From Eledone cirrhosa (taxonomy: Eukaryota), in the NCBI GenBank assembly GCA_964016885.1, contig OZ024743.1, positions 320,850,001 to 320,914,000 of the forward strand: a stretch of DNA of 64,000 nt. Reading direction: 5' to 3'. Below are positions 26,306 to 38,115 of the stretch, piece after piece. Below the pieces are notes generated by a model, which ran no database searches, was not told the origin of the DNA, and saw nothing but the letters and a program-made list of their open reading frames with translations. The position numbers and the translations under genes were made by a program. Numbering within the stretch: the first letter of the stretch is position 1; each line of letters opens with the position of its first letter.

Positions 26306-29300
26306 ATGGCTGGTTTACGAGTTGGAACCGTGAATGTGCGTGGCCTAGGGATGCCCTGGAAACAGGGCCAACTTTTAAACGACCTTAGGTCACACAGTAT
26401 GGATGTGATAGCCATCACCGAGTCCAGAATCCACAACAGGCAGCAACTAACCCCCATCTTCGACGACTTTGAGATCTACGCATCTCTCTGTCAGCCAGGA
26501 GGTGGAGGTGGAGTGGCTGTTATGTTTCGGTAGAACCTGGACGTCGGAGTACAGCAAGTACACTTGGGCCCGGAGGGTAGACTGGTAGTCCTAGACGTGA
26601 ACAGTATCGGAGGTGGAGCCTTCAGACTGGTGGCCGTTTATGCCCCGACCGGGCAATCGCAATCACGGCCAGACTTCTTTAAGCGTCTAGAGTCTTTTCT
26701 GAAAACGTCTCGCTCCTTACTTTTAGTGGGGGACTGGAATGGTATCCTAGATGCACGATGGGACTATGTGGGAGCATGTCCCAGTAGAGCGGGGTGCAAC
26801 AGCCTCAAAACTTTAATCGGCCAATTACAACTGGCCGATAGGTATCGACTGGATTTCCCGACTGCACCACAGTGGACGTGGGTAAACCGCAGTGGGACAT
26901 CTAGATCGTATTTAGATAGGTTCTTCATTAGAGAAAGGGACAAGGATATGTTAAGCTGTCCACGAATGCACATGGTTGCCTATTCAGATCACAAGTTAGT
27001 CTTCTGCTTAGTCAACCGTGATAGAATACATAGACAGGGTCCCGGATAATGGAAGCTGAACGTGTCGTTGCCGGCACGTAAAGCTTACAGTGAACGGATA
27101 AGTAAACTAGTCAAGCAACAGTTAACGGGAGCCATCGTCAACAATAGATGGTGGTACTCTCTCAAGAAAGCAATTAGAATAGAATCGATAGGGTATAGCA
27201 GAGAGTTAGCCTTAGAGAAAAGCAGAATAGAAAGAGAACTAGTAGCCAAGTTAGAGGAGGCACTTAGAAGTGGCAACGCGGCTAGAGTGTTAGCGTCGAG
27301 AACGGCACTGGACCAGTTCTTCGATGCGAAACACGAAGGCTGCGTGGTCAGAAGCAAAACACGTGCTCTAGGAAACGAAGGAGCGAAAGCTGTCAGCTGG
27401 GCCCGAGTGGCGGAGGCAAAAAGTGGCAACAAGTCCACGATTCGGTCTTTGAAAGACCAAAACGGACGCGTGCTACTTGACCCCAAGCAAATGTGCGCGG
27501 CCTTTCAGCGGCACTTTGCGCGACTGTTTGAGCAGAACGACGGTGAGCCGAACGGGGCAATAGACTTTAGTTCATACCTCGACGGCCTGCCGCGTCTCTC
27601 GAACACGGACGCCGAGTTCTGCGAAAGACCGATCACGGACACTGAGATACGGGACGCTCTGGGCCGCTGCGGGAAACGCAAGTCACCCGGTCTAGATGGT
27701 CTACCCTACGAATTTTACATAGGCATGCCGGACTTGTTCTCTGGCGTCCTCGAAGCCGTCTACTGCAATTGGCAGCAGAACGGGAGAATTCCCAGTTCTG
27801 CAGGCAAGGGCGTAGTAACGCTGATCAGGAAAGACGAGAACAAGGGGGACGAAATTAACAACTTCAGGCCCATAACTCTGCTCAACACAGAGTTAAAGAT
27901 TTTGGCCAAGGTGCTAGCGACGAGGTTGGCGCTTGTCGTCGAGAACCTGGTAGGGAAAGCGCAAACGTGTGCAATCCCGACCAGGTCCATACACGACAAC
28001 CTCCACCTCATGCGATACATCATAGAGAGGGTGGGTAGTAAACCCGGCTTCGGTGGGGCTCTGATCAACTTGGATCAGTCTAAGGCATTCGATAGGGTCG
28101 ACCATCGATACTTGGAAGCGGTTCTCAAGGCGGCCGGTTTCGGTCCCGTGTTCAGAGGATGGATCGAGGCGATGCACACCAGCATCTGCTCGAGGGTCAA
28201 GGTGAACGGCTACCTATCGGAGCCGTTCGCAATCACGCGTTCCATTCGACAGGGATGCCCTCTCTCCTCCATTCTGTATGTATTGACTCTTGAGCCACTA
28301 CTGCGGAAATTGGAGCTGTTGCAGGGCATCCCCCTAGAACCGGGACTGCGCAAAGCGGCGTCGGCTTATGCCGACGACGTGACAGTAATGGTGTCGAGCA
28401 CCTCGGAAATCGGGGTGATCGGCAACATACTGAAAGAATACGAAACGCTGACGGGAGCAAAACTAAACCCAGACAAGTCTGTCGGTTTGCAACTCGGTAC
28501 GTGGAGAGGCAAACCGATGACATCGGACAGCGTCGTTGGACGCTGGACGGACGGACCGGTGAAATTGCTCGGGGTCTGGTTCGGTCCAGACCTCCAGGTG
28601 GAGAAAAACTGGAACGAGGTCACGGCCAAGGTGTTTGCACTCACTCAGAAGTGGGCAGAGTGCAAACTGTCCTTGAAAGGTCGAGCGGAGGTGGCGAACA
28701 CTATCATAGCGTCCGTCATCTACTACCGCTTGACTGTCGTGCCTTGTCCCCGTGAACACCTCGCCAAGATGGAACGCATGCTCTTCCAGTTTCTGTGGAA
28801 GAAGCAGGCTCCGCTGGTGAGGAGATCCGTCTGCTGTCAGCACCCTTCCAACGGAGGGCTGGGAATGCCGTGGCTGATGATGCGCAAACATGCGCTGAGG
28901 CTGCGGCATCTCCAGGTATTCCTCACCGACCCCCAACCGGTGTGGGCACCGTTTGTGAGACAGGCTTTCCCACAGCTCGTCTCGCTAACGGAGCTGCAGT
29001 CCTGGGTGAAGAAAAGACCGAAAACGATGGGCGCCTGGCACATTGAATGCGCTCAGGCGCTCACAGTCCTCTGGCAAGCGGGCGCAGCAATCAGTGGAGA
29101 CTCCACTTCGACATTCTATAGAGGGATTGTACGTTACAAGGGCGACGACGTGCTCGGAGAGACTCTGGGCGTCGAAGACGATGAGCTCACCAGTATGTTT
29201 GGTAGGACTTTCCGCCCGGGACCTATGGACAACTTCCAGAGGTCCCTGGCCTGGCAGTGCTACCGAGGAGCTCTACCGGTTCGTGACAAGATCTACAGGC

Positions 29301-29752
29301 ACGGACGCCCTGGCAGGGATCCTTCCAAGAGGACGTGTCCAAGATGTGCGCAGGACATTGAAACAGTTCTGCACGCAATTGTACACTGCCCGGGCGTAAG
29401 CGACCTGTGGAACTATGCAGAACAACTGCTGTCGCGTATGGGACAAATACAGTTGACTGCCGAGTCCATAGTAAGGATCAAACCGCCAGACTCTTTCAAA
29501 AACGAAAGAGAGGCGGTTTTCCTCTGTACGGTGGCTATGGTGAAAGAAGTTATATGGTGGACGAGGTTGAGAGGACTGAGGACAGATGCCTTTCTCTCCG
29601 GACAACAATTGATTCCATTCTTTAAGTATCACTTTAGAAGGAGAATCAGGGTGGAGAGGGAGGCACTGCACCCCAGTAAATTTACTGAAAGGTGGGTGAA
29701 TGAAGCGAAAATGGCCCGAGTGATTGGGCCTTCTCTGTTTATAAGCCTGTAG
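26306..29752 (+). pseudogene. Tx1-like ORF2p (APE endonuclease, RT, CCHC) with two in-frame stops
   Basis: NVRGL, ITE, VYAP, GDWN, YLDR, YSDH; PGLDG, KAFDRVDH, RQGCPLS, YADD; stops at 26531 (TAG) and 27047 (TAA, aligned to TAC in family C). Confidence 0.95.
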
Positions 29753-29988
29753 GTTGAGGAAGAGAGCAAAAGGAAGAAAGGAGCACTTGCACAACACGCT
29801 CCTTGAGTTGAGGGTTGTTCTATCGACGGGGTATTAAACAACCCATTTGTGGCGCCTCCCCCCTATTGGGGATTTCGATTGTTGAAATTGTTTGTTTTTA
29901 TATTTTTTAGACGACTGTATGTAAAATCCCCGGCATGTCTTTGTATTGTCCCCTTTCTTGTTGCGCCCTTGTGGCTAATAAAGAAATA

Positions 29989-30018
<30 letters not shown>

Positions 30019-30019
<1 letters not shown>

Positions 30020-30140
30020 TTCTTATTTTATTTTTATATTTTGTTATTGCCTCCTCCTTATTGAGGACGCCTTTTTGTGTAAACTCCCCCCTTTGTACTT
30101 GTCCCACTTTTGATGCCCTAGTGGCAAATAAAAGAAACAT
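30019..30140 (+). mobile_element. Short Tx1-like 3'-end fragment, family B
   Basis: TGTAAACTCCCCC..TGTCCC..TGCCCTAGTGGCAAATAAAAGAAA between two (TATC)n tracts. Confidence 0.75.
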
Positions 30141-30143
30141 ATC

Positions 30144-30174
<31 letters not shown>

Positions 30175-30386
30175 CTATCTATCTTGATAGAGTAAGACAC
30201 GCTTCGCATCGGCTCCGCTATTCCATCGGGATTTACCCTTACTATTGTAAGTACCGGATAAATTTTTTAGTGCAACACATTTGGAACACTAACCCCTGTT
30301 ATTTAGGGAAACATTTATGCATTTACCCCCTTTTTAGGGGGCAAAATAAATATCTATTTTTGCCGAAAAATTTCTTTCTTGGCAGC

Positions 30387-32225
30387 ATGGCGGAAAAGAT
30401 GGCAGACATGTCTGCCATTAGCTCTGCCACGCCCCCCAAGTCTGAAGAACAAAAAATAATTACAACAAAATTAGACATTGAAACAAACAAACAAAATGAA
30501 AAAACAAATGTTAAGGAAAATGAGCAAACAGAAAACAAACAAACAGAAAATAATACAAATAACGACAGGGCAACTTTCGCCCAGAAAACAAAACAATCCA
30601 TTACATACACACCAATTGACCTAACTGCCGCCAGAGAAAAACTGGCCGAAGCAAAGAAACACATTGTTTTGGGGGAGAACGGAATGTTTTCCATTAACTC
30701 CCCCCCAGAATTCAAGAAAGCCAGAGCAGAAAACACAGTTATATACAGAACTATACTGAACCAGTCAAGAAAGCCAGCACAGCCCAGCCAAATGGAAATA
30801 GAGTTAGTCCTAAAAGACTATATGAAGAATATTCTCTTCATACGAAAGGACCGACTCTATGGCAGCATTTCGGTCCTAACAAGAGACAAAGAAACGGCGG
30901 AGAAGCTTTCCCTAAGCCCACTCTCGTCGACAACATATAGCTTCTATCCCTCCTACATGGGTAGAAGAACACAGAGAGTAAAAGTAAAAACAATGCTGCC
31001 CACAATGGACTTCTGGTGGGCTATTGCTGGCTTCATTGATATGGGCGAAGACACAATGCTGTCAATGGGGAAGGCAACTGGAGATGCGTTCCTGGGAATG
31101 GGCCTCGACATACTAGTCCAAATGAGGCCCGAAAGAATAGCACAAATCCCGGATCGCATCTGGCTGGATGACCTTACCCCAATAGACATAATTGTAGAGG
31201 GGAGAAGACCAGCATGCTATTTATGCATGGAAAGGGGACACGTTAAGGCTAACTGCCCGAAACGTATCCCCCAAAAAGGACTATTGCCCACACCCACCAC
31301 AAACAGTACACCAACACCACCCACCTCCAAAAATACACTAATACCACACACAGCAAACAAAATACAGACACCACCAACCACAAACACAACACAAACATCA
31401 CCACCACCAGCACCAAACACAAGCACGACACAAAAATCACCACCACCAACCACAACACAAACATCACCACCACCATCACCAACCACAAGCACGACACAAA
31501 CATTACCACCACCACCACAAAACCCATTCCAAACAAATAATTAAAAAAACAGTAACAAATCTACCCCTCCCGCAAAAAAAAAACAACCACGCAACACGTC
31601 CCTCCCACCTAGCGCTGAAGAGTTTCCCCCAACTTCTGAAGAAGAAGGAGGAGAAGCCTTCAGACAAGTTAAAAGAAAAAAAAGAAAACACACACCCAGC
31701 ACACCACAAATAACCCACACACAAACACCAACTCCAATCAAAAACACCCCACCCTCAACAAACAAAAATAAATCTGCGCCTCCCCTCTCCGAAACATTGA
31801 CAGCATCACAAAAAAAGACGTTGCAATACACATATATAAATAAAGAAAACAAAAAACTGGTTAAATTAATAAACAATAACCCTATGGTGCAGACCGAAGG
31901 GCCAAACTTTATCTCAACAGAGAACTTCACCCATTTAAAAATGATAAAGGTCCCTCTGGACCTTTATCGTTCCTTAAAAGAACAATTTAGACGGGACGTG
32001 AGCCCCCCCCCCCCCTGTTTAAAACCGTTGAATCGCGTCCTCTTGAAAGATTTCCCCATAACCGCCCCTCTCCCTGACACAACTCCAAATACCCCAACCC
32101 CACCACACACGTGTACCCCCACACCACCACAAAACATCCCTCCACCCAACACACCTGATGCCATGGAAATTACGCAACCCGGAGAGGTAAGTGCTTTTCT
32201 TTCTTCACTTTCAACACCAAAATAG
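30387..32225 (+). pseudogene. Tx1-like ORF1p, reading frame broken in the A-rich region near 31545
   Basis: CYLCMERGHVKANC; C-terminal part 31797-32225 aligns with family A (Y.YIN..NK..ETEG..F..HLK.I.V..NRVLLK.FP..MEI.QP). Confidence 0.85.
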
Positions 32226-35200
32226 ATCAATTGAGAGTTGGCTGTTTGAACGCGCGTGGCCTGGGCTCAGCTTGGAAGCAAGCAAAGCTTCTAAGTGACC
32301 TCAGGTCACAAAGTATAGATGTGATGGTTGTTTGCGAGAGTCGGATCAGCAGCGTGAGACAGCTGGCGCCCGCCTTCGATGACTTTGAGATGCACGCATC
32401 TCTCTGTCAACCCGGAGGCGGGGGGGGGGGGGGCGGGAGTTGCCGTACTGCTGGATAAACGTCTGACTCTCGACGTACAGATTGTTCACTCGGACCCGGG
32501 GGGTCGATTACTGGTGCTGGACGTCGGAGGCGGTGAAGGCGGGGCTTTCAGACTGGTCGGTCTTTATGCTCCCTTCGGGGCGGAAAGAGCCGACTTCTTC
32601 CAGCGTCTGGAGACTTTTCTAGGAACGTCGCGTTCCCTGCTTTTAGTGGGGGACTGGAATGGAATCCTAGATGCGCGTTGGGACTATGCAGGGGCATGTC
32701 CCGATAGAGGGGGGTGTAGCAGCCTCAAGGGGTTACTCGATCGATTCGACCTGGTCGATAGATTTCGACTAGATTGTCCAACTGCGCCAACCTGGACCTG
32801 GGCAAACCGCAGTGGACAATCTAGATCGTACCTAGATAGGTTTTTGGTTAGGAGTAAGGATAGGGACGTATTTAGTTGTCCAGAACTGATCATGGTTGGC
32901 TATTCAGATCACAAATTAGTGACCTGCGTGGTCAACCTTGATAGAACGCATAGACAGGGTCCCGGTTACTGGAAGATGAACTTGTCCTTACCGACAAAGA
33001 AAGATTACAGAAACCGGATTAGTAGCTTAGTTAAGATGCGGTTGACGAGAGCGATCGTCAACAGTAGGTGGTGGATATCTCTAAAGAGAGAGATTAGAGT
33101 AAGTTCGATAGGTTACAGTAAGGAACTAGCGGCGAATAGAAATAGGAGGGAAAGGGAGTTAACAGATAAACTAGAAGAGGCGATTAGGAGCGGAGACGTA
33201 GCCAGAGTGTTAGCGACGAGAACGGCATTGAGCCAGTTCTTTGACGCGAAGCACGAAGGCTGCGTTGTCCGAAGTAAAATACGTGCTTTAGGAAACGAGG
33301 GGACCAAAGCTGTTAGCTGGGCCCGCGTGACAGAAGCCAAGAGTGGGATTAAATCCACCATTCGGTCTTTGCGAGACCAGGATGGACGGGTGATCCTTGA
33401 ACCTGAGCGAATGTGCGAGACCTTTCAACGGCACTTTGCTCGACTGTTCGGAGGTGGCGGGGGGCCGGACGGGGATGTGGACTTCGGTCCATACCTCGAC
33501 GGTCTACCGCGTCTTTCGAGCGGCGAAGCGGAGTGCTGCGAAAGGCCAATCACAGCCACTGAAATCGGGGAAGCGCTCAGCCAATGCAGCAGACGCAAAT
33601 CCCCGGGTCTCGATGGTCTACCATACGAACTTTATTTAGCTATGCCGGTCTTGTTCTCCGAACTCCTCGAGGCTGTCTATTGCAACTGGCAACAGAACGG
33701 GAGAATTCCCTGTTCTGTGACCAAGGGCGTGGTCACGCTAGTGAGGAAGGACGAGAGCAAGGGGGACGACTTAAGTAACTTTAGGCCCATAACTCTGCTG
33801 AATGCAGAGTTACAGATTTTGGCCAAGGTGTTGGCGAAGAGGTTGGCGCTTGTGGTGGGTGGTTTGGTGGGAGACGCGCAGACATGCGCTATCCCGTCCA
33901 GGTCCATTCACGACAACCTCCACCTCATGCGATACATCATAGAGAGGGTTGGCTACGAACCCGGCTTTGGTGGGGCCCTGATCAACTTGGATCAATCTAA
34001 GGCGTTCGATAGGGTCGACCATGGTTACCTGGATGCGGTGCTAGCGGCGGCGGGCTTCGGACCCGTTTTCAGGGGCTGGATTTCTGCCATGCACAGTGGC
34101 AACATCTACTCTAGGATTAAAGTAAACGGCTACCTCTCGGAGCCGTTTCAAATCACCCGATCCATCAGACAGGGGTGCCCCCTCTCCTCCCTTCTGTACG
34201 TATTGACTCTCGAGCCACTGCTGCGGAAGTTGGAGTTGCTGCGGGGCATACCCCTGGAACCGGGATTGCACAAAGCGGTCTCGGCCTATGCCAACGACGT
34301 AACATTAATGGTGGCGGACGCCTCGGAAATCGGGGCGATCGCCACCCTACTGGAGGAATACGAAAGGCTGACGGGGGCTAAGCTGAACCAGGACAAGTCA
34401 GTCGGTTTGCAACTCGGAACGTGGAGGGGCAAACCGATGCCGTTAGACGGTGTCGTCGGGCGGTGGACGGAGGGCCCGGTGAAGCTGCTCGGGGTCTGGT
34501 TCGGACCGGACCTCCAGGTGGAGAAGAATTGGGGCGAGGTGACGAGCAGGGTGTTTGCGCTGACCCAGAAGTGGGCCAAGTGCAAACTATCACTGAAAGG
34601 TCGGGCGGAGGTGACGAACGCTTACATAGCGTCCGTCATCTACTACCGCCTGACCGTCGTGCCTTGCCCCAAGGAAAAGCTCACCATCATGGAACGCATG
34701 CTCTTCCAGTTCCTCTGGAAGAAGCGGCCTCCCATGGTGAGGAGATCCATCTGCTGCCAGCACCCTTCGAAAGGAGGGCTGGGTATGCCGTGGCTGTTGA
34801 TGCGTAGACACGCATTGAGGCTACGGCATCTACAGGTATTCCTCAACGGTCAGCCGGTGTGGGCCCCGTTTGTGAGGCGAGCCTTCCCACAGCTCGTCTC
34901 GCTCACCGAACTGCAATCCTGGGTGAAGCAAAGACCGAGAAAACTGGGCAACTGGCACACCGAGTGTGCCCAGGCGCTCACGGCTATCTGGCAAGCGGAC
35001 CCGACTGTCAGTGGAGAATCCACCTCGACATTCTATAGAGGGTTGTGGGCTAGCAGGGGCGACGACACCCTTGGAGAGTCGCTAGGCATGGAGGAGGACG
35101 AACTGGCCAGCCTGTTCGGTAGAACTTTCGGCCCGGGACCCATGGACAACTTCCAGAGGTCCCTAGCCTGGCAGTGTTACCGGGGGGCTCTGCCCGTTCG

Positions 35201-35669
35201 AGAAAAGCTCTACAGACACGGGCGCCCGGGCAGGGATCCCGCGAAAAAGATCTGTCCCAGATGCGTGCGCGACGAGGAAACCGTTGCGCATGCACTGGTA
35301 CACTGCCCGGGCGTTGCCGATCTGTGGGGCTACGTCGAACGACTGCTGTCGCGTGTGGCGCCGATTCGATTAACCGCCGAGTCTGTGGTGAACATCAAGC
35401 CACCTCCTCCCTTCAGAAATGAAGCAGAGGCGGTCTTTCTGTGCGTAATAGCCATGATGAAAGAGGTTGTGTGGTGGACGCGCCTGAAAGGTCTGAGGTC
35501 GGGTGACTTTCTCACCGGCCATCACCTGGTTTACTTCTTCCGATACCACTTCGGAAGAAGAATCAGGATGGAGAGAGAAGTGCTTGGTCCCAGACAGTTT
35601 TATGAAAGGTGGGTGAAAGAAGCGAGAATGGCCCGTGTAAATGGGCCTTCTCTCTACATTGTTCTGTAG
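32222..35669 (+). pseudogene. Tx1-like ORF2p with start ATG>ATA, frameshift in G-run at about 32425, RT YADD>YAND
   Basis: ORFs 32231-32458 and 32379-35669 together give the full APE-RT-Zn protein. Confidence 0.95.
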
Positions 35670-35917
35670 GTGAAGAAGTGAAGAGGAAAGGGGGAGCGCC
35701 TCCTCTCTGGGCTTCCCCCGCGAAAAGAGTTGCACACTTTTCGGGGGTATGTGCAATCCCCAACACGCCCCCTCCCTTTTGAGGACTTTTTATTGTTATA
35801 TTATTATTGTTATTCCTTTTTTCTTTACTCGATTTATGTAAACTCCCCCACTGTGTAAATGTCCCCTTCTTTTGTGCCCTCGTGGCAAATAAATAGAAAT
35901 TTATCTATCTATCTCTA

Positions 35918-36192
35918 TCTTCTCTGTATATAAACCTCTAGGTTGAGGAAGATAAACAGAGGGAAGACGGGAACACCTACAAAACGTGTTCCTGGTGTTG
36001 GAGGTTGTTCTATACACGGGGTGTAAAACAACCCCGCAGGAACGTTCCCCCTTTTGGGGATTTCGATTGTTTTATTTTATATATAGTCTATTGTTATTCA
36101 TCATTGTTAAAGATTTTATGTAAAACACCCGCCGTCACTTCTTGTAATGTCCCATTTTTGTACGCTCTTATGGCAAATAAAGAAAGATATCT
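35918..36192 (+). mobile_element. Tx1-like 3'-end fragment, family D
   Basis: Starts in the last ORF2 codons (CTCTGTATATAAACCTCTAG); homologous to 3170-3460. Confidence 0.85.
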
Positions 36193-36439
36193 ATACATAC
36201 ATATATATATATAATTATATCTTTTTCTCCCTATATATATATATAGAGAGAGAGAGATTTAGCGTTACCAATGTAGACTAGTATGACCATATTCAGCTAA
36301 GCACTCGATACTTGGGAAAGTAGAGTGGATGTATTGTAAATAGATAGTGTCCGGCATGGTACTAGCTAGCACCGACGTAATATACATAATATACGAAGGA
36401 GGGGACGTAAAACGTATAAAAATGATATCGTATAATAAT

Positions 36440-36616
36440 TGTTTCTACTTTTGGCACAATACCAACAATTATCCCAGTGCATTACTGGTACTTTATTTTA
36501 TCGACCCCGCAAGGATGAAAGGCAAAGTTAACCTCGGCGGGATTTGAACTTAGACCGTAAAGGGACGTAACTCTATGCTGGAAAGCATGGCGTCATACCC
36601 TCTACCGATACTGCCA
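36440..36616 (-). mobile_element. SINE
   Basis: Reverse complement of the 865-1085 family. Confidence 0.8.
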
Positions 36617-37642
36617 AAATAATAAATGATAATTACAACTCTTGAAATTAAGGGATAAGTATTCTATTAGTCACTTTTCTTACTTAGATTTATAAATATT
36701 ATTGGTAGAACAAATATAAATAGTGTTGTAATAGCTAGACTTGCAATACTGTTCACAGTAAGCTTTCGAGTGTGTATGTTAATTATAGTTGCTATTAAAT
36801 ATTAACAACGTTTAGAAGAAAGGTAAAAACAAGCTGTTGATATGGGGAAGCGGTTAACCTGCAGATGAAACTATTCCGAAGTTGCTGCTGCTGCAAATCT
36901 GCACCAGATGGACCAAACCATAACATCTTTTTTGGCAGTGGAGATCGAAACCATACATTTTATTTATTTATTTAATTTTTTTAAATTTTATTATTATGAT
37001 ATTTACATGCTGAGGTGGGATCCCAGCTAACTTTAGTTTGTCAGCCAGAGATGGACGACAGATTAAGTTAGACCCGATCAGCACAAGATATTTTTGAGAA
37101 CAGAGAGCATTCTTCAAAGGCATTATCTAACGAACTGCCGTAATGCTCATATAACTAGCCAAACTGAACGATATGTACAGGTTTGTTAAGAGGTCCAACG
37201 TCTACTTGTCTAGAAGAAATATGAATGTATTTGAACTAACAAGAGAGATGCATCACCAGCAAGAAAGCAGCCGAAATTCAAAGCAGGAGAGATTTCAAGA
37301 GATACAAATCTATTGCTTCAGTGGGGAAAGAAACAATTAAATGGAGCTTGAAGTAATTCTACAGTACACTGAAGACCTTTTATGCTCACCAGTTCTCCGC
37401 ACATCCGTCTCTCTCTCTCTCTCTCACTCTCACTCTCTCTCTCCCTCTCTCTCTCTCCCGTATTTCAATTCATTTACTCGACAATTATTTAGATGACCCA
37501 TTTCGAATTATAGCATATAAATACGCTTACATATCATTTCCAATATAATTCGAGAAGCATGATCCATATATTTTATAACACACAGACACACACACACATA
37601 GATACACACACATACACACACACACATAGATACACACACATA

Positions 37643-37748
<106 letters not shown>

Positions 37749-37982
37749 GATATATATATATATATATATATATTTATTAGAAAAGGGAAGTAAGGTTCTA
37801 TACAAAACAGTTGATATAGAGAAAAGGTTAAGTTGGAAATAGCACGGGAGATATATTTAAGGGTCTGTTTTTCACTTTTGATTCGTCAAAGTGACATTAT
37901 TGAAAAGATAATGTTATTAAAAAATGAGAGGGACAATTCTTTTTAAAACAATTTTTTATGATGTATATAAAGTATATGAAGA

Positions 37983-38024
37983 ATTACCGGTTTCGATGTG
38001 TTATTAAAATCCATCTTATCAAAT
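37983..38024 (-). ncRNA. Hammerhead motif, U3-A8 core, weak stem I
   Basis: TTGATAA-GATG..CATC-GAAAC CG GTA. Confidence 0.6.
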
Positions 38025-38115
38025 GTTGAGTGTAAAAAATTAAAAAGAATTGATAGGAGTTAAAAACGAAAGGTTTAAAATTAAAATCAAAATCAAATGT
38101 TTGTATATATATATA

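Larger units (their letters stand above)
24701..29990 (+). mobile_element. Tx1-like (L1-clade) non-LTR retrotransposon, family A, near full-length
   Basis: Begins after TATCTATCTA; ORF1 with CCHC knuckle; ORF2 APE-RT-Zn; ends AATAAAGAAATATA(TCTA)n. Confidence 0.95.
30185..35905 (+). mobile_element. Tx1-like LINE, family C, apparently full-length
   Basis: About 200-nt 5' UTR after (TATC)n, ORF1, ORF2, 3' UTR ending GTGGCAAATAAATAGAAATT(TATC)n. Confidence 0.95.

Noticed and set aside
32187-32225. 39-nt GT-AG mini-intron that would remove the ORF1 stop in family C
   Set aside because: The AG arises from the ATG>ATA change at the ORF2 start, has no counterpart in family A, and would not join ORF1 to ORF2 in frame
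27085-35766. Antisense and alternate-frame ORFs within Tx1 ORF2
   Set aside because: Expected shadows of GC-rich coding sequence, with no independent motifs
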